A stretch of DNA of 63,739 bases, filler included. It is 12 parts of 12 records of this genome, joined end to end, with 100 filler letters (N's around TTAATTAATTAA, not from the genome) between each part and the next. Parts side by side here need not be neighbours in the genome. Positions count along the whole stretch, not along the records: positions 1 to 3,627 come from SRR7504441_6345; positions 3,728 to 10,209 come from SRR7504441_6347; positions 10,310 to 15,798 come from SRR7504441_6348; 9 more parts are not named here. One strand, 5' to 3'. The notes beneath the pieces are model-generated. The model was not told where the DNA came from. It did no database searches and saw only the letters and a list, made by a program, of their open reading frames with translations. This document shows, in pieces, positions 1-10,699 of the stretch (position 1 is the stretch's first letter; each line of letters opens with the position of its first letter). A program made the translations under genes and the position numbers.

Positions 1-256
1 CGACTTTCTAATAAATGTAGTTATATAATCATGATAAGCCTGCAGATGATTTAAGCTTAAACATGATTAATTGACAGGTCCACAGTGTCATCACACAATC
101 ATCTAGGTGGATGAAGTTCACTATTATAGTGCAGAGTTACCGCGCATGCTTGCTGGGATCAAGGTCTACGAACTCGTACTTACATGTAGTGCTAATGTAG
201 TGCTTGACATGTCAAATTTTGATGTTCATCGTGCATGCATGTTTAGCTGGACAGGT

Positions 257-1579
257 CTAAAATGCAACCGAGACTGCTGGCTTCCACATTTCGTGTGCTG
301 CCCATGGCTTGATGGCGGGCTGCTCCTCGTACTTCACCCGTCGACCAACGCCCGCGCGCTCAACGTTAGCGCTCTTTGGTCTCACCTTGCCGCTTGCGGT
401 TGCGGTTGTATTTTTCATCGCTGGCCGCACATCCCACGAAGATCTAACCACAGCTGTCCTTGGCCGAGAAGTTGCCCTGCCAGCCTGTGCCTTGCTCACC
501 GGACGCCGCACCGCTGTCTTCGGCCGTGCTGCACTCTTTGGCCGCACTGCAGCTACCGTGAACCTACTCCCCACAGTCTGCGTGCTGGGCCTGGCCACTG
601 CCGTCTTAGGCCTTTGTGCAGCTGACGAGACCTGCCGCGACACGGCAGTCTGAGGCCGTGCACGATGCGTGGTGGCGGTTCTTGGCCGGGCACTGGGCGC
701 AAGTTGGACCTTTCCGATGCAAAAGTCCTCCAGGCTGACGGGCTGGTTGCGCATGTTGAGATCTGACAGCAGCTTGATGATGGGCCTCACGCTGTCCGTC
801 GAGCTAGTCACCTCGAACTCGGCCGACGCCACCACAGGACTAGCGGGTGCTGAACGCTGCAGACGACTGGTTGCCTGCCGACGCTTTTCGGCCATCTGGG
901 CCAACACGGCCTCTGTGTCCGGGTGCACTGACAGCACTGCAGGCGAGCGTGACTGCACAGCTCTGCTCACACTTCGGAGCGCCTGCCGCTTTGGCCGGCT
1001 GGGCTGCGGCTGCCACGCGCCAGGTTTACTGCCGCGCATAAACCCCTTGGCCTCGAGGTTGAAGTCCTTGCCTCGAAACACCTCCCCCAGCGCCACCTCG
1101 AGCTCCTTCCGCATCCCCGTGGGCGCCACCCCCGCGTGGAGCATAGCTACATTCACCAGCTTGTACAGCATCTCGAAAAACGCCGACTCGTCGTATCGGC
1201 CCTGCTGCTCGAACTTGAACGCCAAGTTGTACCGGAGCACGTCGCTATACGCCAGCCCCAGCTCGCGCAGAGCTGCGGCCCGCTGGGCCTCGGCCGCCTG
1301 CAGCTGCTCCTCGGCCGCCTGCGGGTCGTCGTCCGATCCGGCCGACTTGCGCAGGCCCGGGCTGGGCGCCTGGAGGAGCTTGACGCGGTGGATATGCGCC
1401 TGGGCGAACTGGAGACATCGGGCCAGGAACAAGTCGGAGAGCGGCTCGGCGCAGAACTGGCGGAGCCGGCGGGTTGGCTTGATGTTGCGCAGCGCCACTT
1501 CCTTGATCGAGTTCCCGGCCGCCTGCACCGACTCGGGCTGCCAGGGGGACCCGGGTGGGGTGCCCGGCGGCGAGCCCAT
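257..1579 (-). CDS. PPP1R36-like (PPPI_inhib domain) protein with RPx[ST]A-repeat tail
   Basis: Intronless 440 aa ORF. LGLAYSDVL...DESAFFEMLYKLV...ELEVALGEVFRGKDFN...SRSPAVLS resembles the PPP1R36 core. C-terminus has repeated RPRTA/RPQTA/RPKTA/RPKSA. Confidence 0.6.
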   Translation of the reverse strand: MGSPPGTPPGSPWQPESVQAAGNSIKEVALRNIKPTRRLRQFCAEPLSDLFLARCLQFAQAHIHRVKLLQAPSPGLRKSAGSDDDPQAAEEQLQAAEAQRAAALRELGLAYSDVLRYNLAFKFEQQGRYDESAFFEMLYKLVNVAMLHAGVAPTGMRKELEVALGEVFRGKDFNLEAKGFMRGSKPGAWQPQPSRPKRQALRSVSRAVQSRSPAVLSVHPDTEAVLAQMAEKRRQATSRLQRSAPASPVVASAEFEVTSSTDSVRPIIKLLSDLNMRNQPVSLEDFCIGKVQLAPSARPRTATTHRARPQTAVSRQVSSAAQRPKTAVARPSTQTVGSRFTVAAVRPKSAARPKTAVRRPVSKAQAGRATSRPRTAVVRSSWDVRPAMKNTTATASGKVRPKSANVERAGVGRRVKYEEQPAIKPWAAHEMWKPAVSVAF

Positions 1580-1626
1580 CCTCCGAAAGATTGCGAGTCT
1601 TATTTGGGGAGACCGCGGCAGCGGCG

Positions 1627-3349
1627 ATGAGCGCGCTGGTGGCGCTGCGCAAGGGGATAGAACGGTCAGATGAGACGGGCAGCAAGCTGTGCGACGTGCC
1701 CACGAGGTCCGTCAGCCAGGTCGGACCGCAGACCGACCGTGCGGCAGGCTGGAGCAGAGCTTCTGCAACATGGTGGATAAGATCATCACTAAACAGCGGC
1801 TTGGGTTCTGCAAGTCGCAGGTGCGCAACCAAGAGACCATGGAGTCCCGAGACGGTGCACCGTCCCGCCACCCGCGCCCTCAGCCATGGGCTGGGCAGCA
1901 CTGCGCAAGGCGGCGCTGCCCAGGCAGAACTCGTTAGACCAGGAGCAGTTTAAGGACCTGCTGCACGCGCTTGAGACATCGCCCAAGTTCCGGTGACGCG
2001 TCTTCGCGCCGGTCTGCGCCTGAGGCCTGTGCAGCAACGATGGCGAAGTGGAGACAATAGTGGAGAGCCTCAAAGTGATGCAGGCCCTGGACGAGTTTAC
2101 CCTGCCCGACGGGATTCTGGCCGAAATCGCGCAGCACATGGTGTATGAGGTGTACAGAATGCGCAACAGGCTGATTATGGAGGGAGCTGAGATGCGTGGC
2201 ATGTTTAAACTCTGCCTAAACGGGATAATGCAGACCGATATTGACGAATTCCGCAACGCAATGTATTTAGAGACAGGTCAGCGAGCGTGCTGGCTGCAGG
2301 AGCTGACCAGCTGCCGCTCTAGGTGAGTACATATGCGAAGAGCACCTGCGACCACACTATCGGAATAATCCCGAGCCGCTTGTGATGATGGTCAGTAGAG
2401 CAATGCCAAAGACAGAAGCAACCCACCTGTGCAGGTTGCTAAGCACACCTCACACATTGTAACGATCGACCCGGAGCACTACAGAAAGTACATGCAGCCA
2501 TGCTTTGAGAAGGCACATGCAGCAAAGGTACAGACGATTCTAAGTTCCCACACCACCACCTGAGTTCCGTCTCTGACAGGAAGCTATCCTGCGGGAGCAT
2601 TCTATGTTTAAGGGTTACTCAGAGAACAAGCTGAACAACCTGGCCGGTGTGGCGCAAATTTGCAAGTTCGATGCAGGCAATACTTGCCGTGTACGCCGAG
2701 TTGAGCGTCCTCAGGTGAACGCATTGTTGAGAATGGCCTCACCCAGCTAAAGCGCCACAATGATCATCATGATGGGATCTTCTTCATGCTAATGGGACAG
2801 GCCGCCGCCTATAAAAAGGTTTTTGCGAATCACGTCAGCGATTCATCTGATTTGTGCTGTCCTCAGATTGACCCAATTAAGGAAGAAAAGAAGACAGACA
2901 CGTTTCTTGAAAGGTTACAGATGGAGGCTGAAACCGTGCTGTGTCTGACATATGTGGAATGCCTTGTCCTGACTACTAATGACTTTGGGGACACCGTAAA
3001 TCAAGAAACTCACGATATGGTCGCCGAAGCTGCTGGCAGCCAACCCAGTGATGCGTTCATCCAAAATACGCTCAAGGAGTACAGGAAATGGGATGCGTAT
3101 AAGAAGGAGCTCGTGGCTGAGGTTAGAGACTACAACAGAGGGCGGTACGGGGGCGGCAGCAACTTCGGGCTGCCGACTTTCATGCCAACGTTTCACACTA
3201 CTAACCACGAAGCATACGACGAAGCCTACTTGCACATGGCAGTAGATCGCACCGGCCCTAACAACAAGCCACCTCCAAGACCGTACCGCATGAAACGGAC
3301 AGCAATCCTACCACCGAAGATAGGACAAGACTTATTCTCTAGAAAATAA
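1627..3349 (+). CDS. Cyclic-nucleotide-binding-domain-like protein (CNBD2-like), multi-exon
   Basis: Manual splicing of about 9 short introns gives a continuous frame (LHALETSPKFRNDGEVETIVESLKVMQALDEF; HSMFKGYSENKLNNLAGVAQICKFDAGERIVENG; GIFFMLMGQA; ETVLCLTYVECLVL) resembling degenerate tandem CNB domains. Includes GC-AG intron 2677-2714. Confidence 0.55.
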
Positions 3350-3498
3350 AGTCTCATGATCATTTCCTATTGTCAAATCTAAGCACGGTGGTCCCCAAGA
3401 ATAGCTCTACAAATATCGGGTTCAAAAAGTAACGGTGTCCGTTAGCTAGCTCGCAGTGTCGATGGGAGTCCCTCCCGCCGACACGTCAACAAGGTCAA

Positions 3499-3627
3499 AT
3501 GCTCGTTCTCCGGCGGGCTTCCCGGGCGGCGGCTGCTTGCAAACCCAAGGCCTGTGTTGCTGGAACCTGCCGCTGCGGCCGCTGCCCGCCAGGAGCCCGC
3601 TGTTGCAGCACTCGCGTCGAGACAGAC
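3499..3627 (+). CDS. 5' fragment: mitochondrial-type transit peptide followed by RVETD, possibly class II fumarase
   Basis: MLVLRRASRAAAACKPK...STRVETD runs into the contig end. RxExD is how class II fumarases begin. Only 43 codons are visible. Confidence 0.3.
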
Positions 3628-3727
3628 NNNNNNNNNNNNNNNNNNNNNNNNNNNNNNNNNNNNNNNNNNNNTTAATTAATTAANNNNNNNNNNNNNNNNN
3701 NNNNNNNNNNNNNNNNNNNNNNNNNNN
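3628..3727. other. Artificial contig linker
   Basis: 44 N + TTAATTAATTAA (stops in six frames) + 44 N. Confidence 0.98.
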
Positions 3728-5395
3728 CTCGTATGGTACGGCCGGGGGAGCTTCGGGCTGAGTTACGAGGACGCGGTGGCTGTGGCCGCGGCGCTGGTCG
3801 GGCTGGTCCTTGTCCCGTACGTGTTCAAGCGGTTGCTCACGCTGGCCGCGACCTACCCGCTCGCGCTCACCTTCCACGTGGCCTCCAAGCTGCTCCCAAA
3901 GTACTCGTTGGACGAGGAGCAGTGGTTTGTGGCCGACGGGTGCACCCCCGAGGTGGCTGCCCGCCGGAAGGAGGCGCTCGACGCGCTGAGCGAGAGCTGG
4001 AAGGCCAAGTACCCCAAGTGCCAGGCCTTCGCGAGCGATCTCAAGAAGATGATCTCAGATCTGCGGTTTACCTCGAGCCGCTGCTTTCCGCCGTTCAACA
4101 GCGTAATCAACAACTATTTGGACCCTTCCATGGCGCTGGCCCGGACCGACGGGAGGGACGTCATCGACCTGGACGGCAACAAGCACATGGACATCTCCGG
4201 CTCATACGGCGTCAACGTCTGTGGCTACGAGAAGTACAAGGAGTTTATTGACGCCGGTTGGCGCGAGGCCAGGCAGCGAGGGCTCTTCCTCGGATCTCTG
4301 GACAACACGGTGCTCGATAACATCGGGATGCTCCAGAAGGTCTCCGGCCACCCGGAAGTCTCATTCCACATGTCCGGGACTGAGGCCGTGATGGCAGCGG
4401 TCCGCGTTGCCAGGTTCAACACCAAGAAGCCTCTCGTGGTCACCTTTGGCGGGGCGTACCACGGCTGGTGGGACGGGATGCAGCCGGTGGTCGGGAACGA
4501 GCGGGTTCCGTCCGACGTGCTCTGCCTCAAAGACATGAGCCAGATCTCTCTCCTGGTGATGCGCGCGCGGAGGAGCGAGATAGCTGCTGTGCTAGTCAAC
4601 CCCCTCCAGTGCTTCCATCTGAACAGTTCCCCACCCAGTGACCCAGTGCTCTCGTCCAACAATCGCAAGGTCGGGACCACCGCCGGGTACAAGCAGTGGC
4701 TGCACCAGCTCCGCAAGTGCTGCTCTGACAACGGGATTGTCCTGATCTTCGATGAAGTTTACACCGGTTTCCGCCTGCACCCGCGAGGTGCACAGGGCGC
4801 CTACGAAGTGGACGCCGACGTGGTGTGCTACGGCAAGACTCTGGGCGGTGGGATGCCGGTCGGCGTGGTGTGTGGGCCCAAGGATCTCATGGCCCGTGTA
4901 GACGCTCGGAAGGCTGCGCGCGTGGCGTACGTGATTGGTACATTCGCCGGGCATCCGCTCACTATGTCCTCCATGAATGCGTTCCTCAAGTGGCTCGAGA
5001 AGCCGGCCACCCATAGGTCGTACGACCAGATGCATAAGAACATTGAGGACTTTGTGACCAAGGCGAACGCGGCCTTCAATGAGCAAGGCTTCCCTCTGCA
5101 GGTCACAAACTGGTTCTCGGTCTGGTCTATGCTCTACACTCAGCCCGGTCGTTACCACTGGATGTTCCAGTACTATCTCAAGGACGCCGGGGTCAACATG
5201 AGCTGGGTCGGGACTGGACGGCTGCTGTTTGCCCTCGATTGGAAGAAGGCTGATTACGATCGGTTGCTCGAACGTATCCTGGTGGCGTGCCAGCAGATGC
5301 AGAAGGGAGGCTGGTGGGAGCTGCCCAAGTCCAACATCAAGCTGTCGCTGGCCAAGGAGTTTGGGCTCGCGTTCCTGCGTGGCCTGTTTGTTTGA
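3728..5395 (+). CDS. Class III PLP aminotransferase (GSA-aminomutase-like), 5' truncated, with membrane-anchored N-terminus
   Basis: Frame open from contig edge. Motifs DLDGNKHMD, SGTEAVMAAVRVAR, FGGAYHGW, LIFDEVYTGFR, YGKTLGGGMPVG (PLP lysine), GTFAGHPL. Intronless. Confidence 0.85.
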   Translation, partial: LVWYGRGSFGLSYEDAVAVAAALVGLVLVPYVFKRLLTLAATYPLALTFHVASKLLPKYSLDEEQWFVADGCTPEVAARRKEALDALSESWKAKYPKCQAFASDLKKMISDLRFTSSRCFPPFNSVINNYLDPSMALARTDGRDVIDLDGNKHMDISGSYGVNVCGYEKYKEFIDAGWREARQRGLFLGSLDNTVLDNIGMLQKVSGHPEVSFHMSGTEAVMAAVRVARFNTKKPLVVTFGGAYHGWWDGMQPVVGNERVPSDVLCLKDMSQISLLVMRARRSEIAAVLVNPLQCFHLNSSPPSDPVLSSNNRKVGTTAGYKQWLHQLRKCCSDNGIVLIFDEVYTGFRLHPRGAQGAYEVDADVVCYGKTLGGGMPVGVVCGPKDLMARVDARKAARVAYVIGTFAGHPLTMSSMNAFLKWLEKPATHRSYDQMHKNIEDFVTKANAAFNEQGFPLQVTNWFSVWSMLYTQPGRYHWMFQYYLKDAGVNMSWVGTGRLLFALDWKKADYDRLLERILVACQQMQKGGWWELPKSNIKLSLAKEFGLAFLRGLFV

Positions 5396-5812
5396 GCAGC
5401 TAGCATCACCACAAAATTGTATCGAATCGACTCGTTTGAGGGCCTTCAAATGATTTGAGGGCCTCGTTTGAGGGCCTTATGCCGCGAGCGAGAATGTGCG
5501 AGTCAGTAGGAGTGCTTGTTCACGATTTGGCGAAAATGCATGCTAATGCAATACCTGAATTTCGCGGCATTAAAGCATTTAGCATCGCCTATTTCAATTC
5601 ATGTCTATTGAACCATCTTTGGCATCATCTTTATTGCAATCATGTACATGTATTCGATTCGTACAGATTCATGTTTATTGAATCATCTTTATAATATTAA
5701 GTACATGTATTCATGTAAGCTTAAGATGTCGAACTGATCTCTAAATCTGACATTCTAAATCTGACATTACGTATACACGTACTGCGTATGTGCCGTACTA
5801 GTGCCGTACTTA

Positions 5813-8800
5813 CTATGATCCACACATTCGGCCGATGCCTCGAGCGCTGCATGTATCATCGTCGCCATCATTGGGAATGTCATCGCTGTGGGTCGGCGGT
5901 GTGATTACAGGATCAAATCTAGTAAGCTTGAATAGCTGAGTTGGTTGGAACGGCCTTGCGTCTACCGGCTGCATCTGCTGCGTCAGTCTTAGAGTAGGCG
6001 CCGGCTGCGTCTGTTGCACCTGCCTCAGTGCTTCAGTCGTCTGTTGCACCTGCACAGGGTCGATTGTCAACTTCATCGTAGGCCACGTCGAATCTCTAGA
6101 CTCCAGCCGAAGATGTGTTTCAGGCTGTGAGACCGTGCCCGTGAGGCGGCGCCAGAGTGATTTGCAGCCATCTTTGATCTGCTTGAGCCGAAGGATCAAG
6201 GTCGGAGGGAGAAGGATCATCAGCAGGGTTGAAACCGCCAAGGCCGAGCAGAACCACAGCACGTAAAAGAAATCCGGATGATCAATGAAGTAGACATGCG
6301 CCGTCAGAGTAGCCATTCCCAACACCCAGCACAGCAGCACGCCTCCACAGAACCGGTATGTCGACTCTGGAGAGACATCCGTGATCTGGGGCGCGTGCGG
6401 GACTTGGCCAAAAGCAACAACCAAAATCTTGAGCGTGATGAAATGCGCGATGAGAACTAGGATGGCGAGGATGATCATGACTGGTACCACCGGCCCGAAC
6501 ACTAGACCAAATGCAACCGTCATATAAATCTTCGACAGTTCACGGTCGGCCCCATCTCCACCTGTCGACTTGAAGCGACTGATGAAACGATCAACAACCG
6601 GGTACGCCATGCTGATCTTGATGCATGGCGTCAAGGTCATTTGGTAAATCATCTTGAGACCAATCAGGCTCCACTGGTATTCAAGAGTTGCTCGACTGCA
6701 CCTATCGTACCGATGTGGTTCGATGCCGGTTCCACACACATCATTAGGCGTTATAATGTTCAGAATCAAATCGAATGATCCGAAGCATCTCTCAGCATGA
6801 ACTGTCGCTCCAGTTTGAAAGAATCCCTCATAGCAGCGGTCCCAGATGACTGTCCAATAATCAAAGCAGTTTGTGTCCATGAGAATGACAACGAGGGTCG
6901 GAACCACGAGTTGTGTGAAAATGCCGGCAAGAGCAATATACTGGGCCAGGTCGAACGAAGTGGTATCACCACGGTCAGTGACGCGCTGGTACCACCCTGC
7001 AAGGTTGGGAAGGATGACCCCGTCGATTAGGGTCAAAAGCAAAGGAGCGAGTATCCCGAACGCTTCCAAAAGTGCTAGAGGCAAGTGTAGGGTATTGTCA
7101 GGGGGCACCATGAATGCAAAGACGTACAGCACGGTTACCACCGAAAGGGGGCTGACCAGCACCAACCACAGCAGTTTTAACAAGATGCCCGAGAACGTCA
7201 TTCGCTGCGACCTCTTGACCCTGTGCATTTGTTGGTTCACGCGCTTCCGCTCAGAGCTCATCATGGTTGTCACAGATTGCATTTGAAGCCACTGTGAAAC
7301 AATCGCAAACACGCTGTGCTTGTCCTTGTCTGTGAGCTGACCAGCCGTGAGTAACGATGCTTCAGCCAACTGCACGTCTGCATCGTCGATAATGCGCTGC
7401 AGCTCCTGAACGCTGTTTGCCTCGACTGTCGAGTTTCCCAATCTGCACTGTAGAGTCACTTGGCTGTCGATCGACTCTCTTGCAAATTGATATCGAAGCT
7501 CTTGCTCACCCCCAAAGGTAGCGTCCACACGGTTGCGGACGTAAACTGTGCACATGAGCTCGGTGCGGTCATAGAACCGGGCTTTGGCCGAGCGTCGCAG
7601 ACAATCCCCCATAATATGATCAAGCCTGCGCAAAGCGTCCCCGGGTAGGAGGTGGAGGACCCCAAGGGTCTTCTTGCCCGCCACGGGGGTGACAAACCCA
7701 GATTGCACACGGTACCCGACCAGAACGCCCGGCCTGCTTTCCTTGGGGTACAACCCGTGGGCCTTGAGGGAGGACGGACTCATCATGGCGCCAATGGCAA
7801 AGTACCACTTGTCGACGCCTGGTGTGGCGAGAGCATGTCGGACTTTGTATTCGTACTCGCGCTGTATGATCAGGAGCAGTGCCACCAGCCTCTCTCTAAT
7901 GCGGAGCACTTCCGTTATATTCCGCTCTCGATCGATGGAGGTAGTGAGCAGCAGATAGACAAACGCACAAATCCCGGCGAGGGCAAGCGAACACCCAAGT
8001 ATGGCACTTGCCGTGGACCAGTCTAGATCCACCACCAGCAGCGCGGCAGACACATATGACATCACCGGACCGCTGCCAGAGTAGTAATGCGCACAGGAGA
8101 AATAGCTGCACATGAGTGCGATGGCGAGTGGTATGGTGCAGCACAATGCAATTATAACATCCTTCGACTGTCGAAACAAGTATTGCATCGTTAGGTCAGA
8201 TGCTTCGTCTCGATTTGCTTCATAGCGCTCAAAGAGGTCTTTGCCAAAGACGGCAGCAAAGAGTGACGTGCCCGCAAGTAACAGGAGAGGTATTATCAAA
8301 CCCGATCTGAAGTACCAATCGGGTGATTGGTATATCCTGGTCACATCTTTCATCGGCATCCAGTCTGGTAGTTCTTCTTCGTTTGCGTCGAACCAGTTGC
8401 CATTAAGCACGAGGCTCTGTTTATATAGAGCGGGATAATAGTAACCTTGACCGGTTGTTACAGCCTGCTGTAAAGCCTGATACTGAATCTGGCCGCTGAA
8501 CCTGTTGTTGAAGGCGAAGAAGAGGCCCAGCTGTTGGTTCGCAGGAATCGAGAGGCGGCCTTGCAAGCTGTTCTCGTGCATCGTCAAGGATTGAACGTTG
8601 GTCAACCTGGCCAGATCTGGCAGCGTGCCAGATAGCCGCATCTTGTGTAGCACCACAACTACGGAACTATCCGGCAATTCTGGAAATGTCCCACTGATGC
8701 GCGTGTCGCTAAGAAACAAGTACTTGGGAATGATATTCTCGGGAATGGTACCGGAAACCCGCGTGTTTGACATGATCAACCATTCTCTGTTTGGATCCCC

Positions 8801-9643
8801 AGTGAAATAGGATGAGGGAATTGTACCGCTGATTGGATTAGAATCGAAGTCAATGTTGGAAGTGCTCCACGAGCAGCCGTCATCATTCGAGGCCAGTACT
8901 GTCGGGGCCGTGCCGCTGAATAATGGGGCCGTGCCGCTGATTCGGTTGTGCCCGAGTAAAAGCCCGTACTGTTTGGCTGGAATTGACGGTATTGTACCAC
9001 TGAGCTGATTATGGGAAGCAGCAAGGTTGAGTAGAGCTGTCAGTGCACTCAGCTCCGGGAGCGTTCCGCTGAGCCTGTTTGAATTCATCAACAGGTTGGC
9101 CAAACGAGTCGTCACGCCGCCGTTCAGGGGGGGGATGGTGCCGCTGAGCGAGTTGTGGTAGAGATAGATTTCAAACAAGCGGCTTTGATCGAACAGCTCG
9201 GGGGGCAGCGTGCCATAGAGCGAGTTCCGCTGCAGGAATACGAGGGGAAACTCGTCCCCGGCAAACAAGCCCGGGGGGATCGTGCCGCTGAGGTTGTTGT
9301 TGTCGAGGCTTAGGTATACACAAATCGCATATCCTTGGCAATTATAATCGAAGTGGTAGTCCGTTCCCACAGTACTGCCATCCTCGGCACAAAAAACGCC
9401 GGTCCAGCCGTCGCACGGATTGGCCGTGCTCGTCCACCCCGTGTTGTAAGTCCAGTGCTCTCCGGCGGTGGCCGCGTAGAGCGCGTTGAGGCCCTCGGTG
9501 GTGGCCGCTGAGGCCACGCACGTGGCGCTCTCCGACGTGGTGCACACACCGGTTTGCCCGCGTGTGCACACTACTAGGATAGCGGCCAGCACCAGCGGGC
9601 ACACCAACTCTTGCCCCTGGCGCGCTCGTCCTTGCCCCCGCAT
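5813..9643 (-). CDS. LRR-ectodomain multi-pass membrane protein
   Basis: Likely start MRGQG...PLVLAAILVVCTRG (signal). LRR N-cap (W..TANPCDGWTGVFC), about 10 plant-type LxxNxLSGTIP repeats, then about 10 hydrophobic segments. Intronless. The ORF track extends to 9868 only from a non-ATG start. Confidence 0.8.
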   Translation of the reverse strand: MRGQGRARQGQELVCPLVLAAILVVCTRGQTGVCTTSESATCVASAATTEGLNALYAATAGEHWTYNTGWTSTANPCDGWTGVFCAEDGSTVGTDYHFDYNCQGYAICVYLSLDNNNLSGTIPPGLFAGDEFPLVFLQRNSLYGTLPPELFDQSRLFEIYLYHNSLSGTIPPLNGGVTTRLANLLMNSNRLSGTLPELSALTALLNLAASHNQLSGTIPSIPAKQYGLLLGHNRISGTAPLFSGTAPTVLASNDDGCSWSTSNIDFDSNPISGTIPSSYFTGDPNREWLIMSNTRVSGTIPENIIPKYLFLSDTRISGTFPELPDSSVVVVLHKMRLSGTLPDLARLTNVQSLTMHENSLQGRLSIPANQQLGLFFAFNNRFSGQIQYQALQQAVTTGQGYYYPALYKQSLVLNGNWFDANEEELPDWMPMKDVTRIYQSPDWYFRSGLIIPLLLLAGTSLFAAVFGKDLFERYEANRDEASDLTMQYLFRQSKDVIIALCCTIPLAIALMCSYFSCAHYYSGSGPVMSYVSAALLVVDLDWSTASAILGCSLALAGICAFVYLLLTTSIDRERNITEVLRIRERLVALLLIIQREYEYKVRHALATPGVDKWYFAIGAMMSPSSLKAHGLYPKESRPGVLVGYRVQSGFVTPVAGKKTLGVLHLLPGDALRRLDHIMGDCLRRSAKARFYDRTELMCTVYVRNRVDATFGGEQELRYQFARESIDSQVTLQCRLGNSTVEANSVQELQRIIDDADVQLAEASLLTAGQLTDKDKHSVFAIVSQWLQMQSVTTMMSSERKRVNQQMHRVKRSQRMTFSGILLKLLWLVLVSPLSVVTVLYVFAFMVPPDNTLHLPLALLEAFGILAPLLLTLIDGVILPNLAGWYQRVTDRGDTTSFDLAQYIALAGIFTQLVVPTLVVILMDTNCFDYWTVIWDRCYEGFFQTGATVHAERCFGSFDLILNIITPNDVCGTGIEPHRYDRCSRATLEYQWSLIGLKMIYQMTLTPCIKISMAYPVVDRFISRFKSTGGDGADRELSKIYMTVAFGLVFGPVVPVMIILAILVLIAHFITLKILVVAFGQVPHAPQITDVSPESTYRFCGGVLLCWVLGMATLTAHVYFIDHPDFFYVLWFCSALAVSTLLMILLPPTLILRLKQIKDGCKSLWRRLTGTVSQPETHLRLESRDSTWPTMKLTIDPVQVQQTTEALRQVQQTQPAPTLRLTQQMQPVDARPFQPTQLFKLTRFDPVITPPTHSDDIPNDGDDDTCSARGIGRMCGS

Positions 9644-10209
9644 ATGCTTTACTCGAGCGCGCCAGGACTCAAAATCCTGCAGACCTATCCGTTGATCGTT
9701 AACAAGGCAACGATCTAGAAGGCAATGTGACGGGCCAAGTGGCCGCAGGACCTGATTAGCTTGCTCCGGCGATCCATATCTGAATCGCGACGAACGTTGA
9801 ATACTGCCTATGTACATTCTCAGTGCAATAACTATATGACCGAATCGATCTAGCCACAATATAGCCACAGTAAGATCGTTGCATGGACACTACCTCAAAT
9901 TCAAGTGCTAATCCCCAAGCTCGGGCGCTCTCAGACAAGCAGCCGTGGAAACATGAACCAACGGTCCTTGTGCTTCTTTTGCTGGCCTGTGACCGTCCTC
10001 GACAGAGAGGTGGCCAGCATCTGAGCCCCGCCAGTGGTGGGGGACTCCTCATCGCCATCTCGATTGGCGTCGATGCTGACATTCGGCCACACAGCCAGGA
10101 GCTTGGGGACAAGTACTTGTGATTTCCGGTAGTGACCATCACTGTTCAGGTGAACGCGGTCACTTAGAACAAAGTCGGAGAGTGGGTGCACCATGTCGCG
10201 CAGATCGAT

Positions 10210-10309
10210 NNNNNNNNNNNNNNNNNNNNNNNNNNNNNNNNNNNNNNNNNNNNTTAATTAATTAANNNNNNNNNNNNNNNNNNNNNNNNNNNNNNNNNNN
10301 NNNNNNNNN
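10210..10309. other. Artificial contig linker
   Basis: N44-TTAATTAATTAA-N44. Confidence 0.98.
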
Positions 10310-10699
10310 TCCAATTGTACAAATCAATGAAATCACACATGCATGTAACCGATTGCCACCAATGATACAGCGTACTTTAGTACCGTACTGTACACTTGGA
10401 AGCGGATCGATCATCGATGGGGCTACGTGTATACAAGCTAACAGTAGGCAAGAGTATACTGACAGTATGCAGCTACGTGTATACTGGCGCCATGCCAGTC
10501 TGGGGTACAGGCCGCGCGCGCCTAGTTAACATTGTATCACCAATTAATGATAATCGCGATGATCGCTGGCCACCTTCAGGCTTTGTTTCAAGATCAATTT
10601 AATTGCCAAATCATGTTCAAAGAAATCAATTGGTTTAAACTATTTTTCTTTTGAATCTTTCCCTATTTTTCTTTTTGGATCTCTAGTCTTGTCCAGACT

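Noticed and set aside
669-1673. Long antisense and overlapping ORFs (also 14122-15174, 28857-29801, 42251-43276, 57404-58288)
   Set aside because: These are shadow ORFs expected at high GC opposite real genes, with no recognisable motifs.
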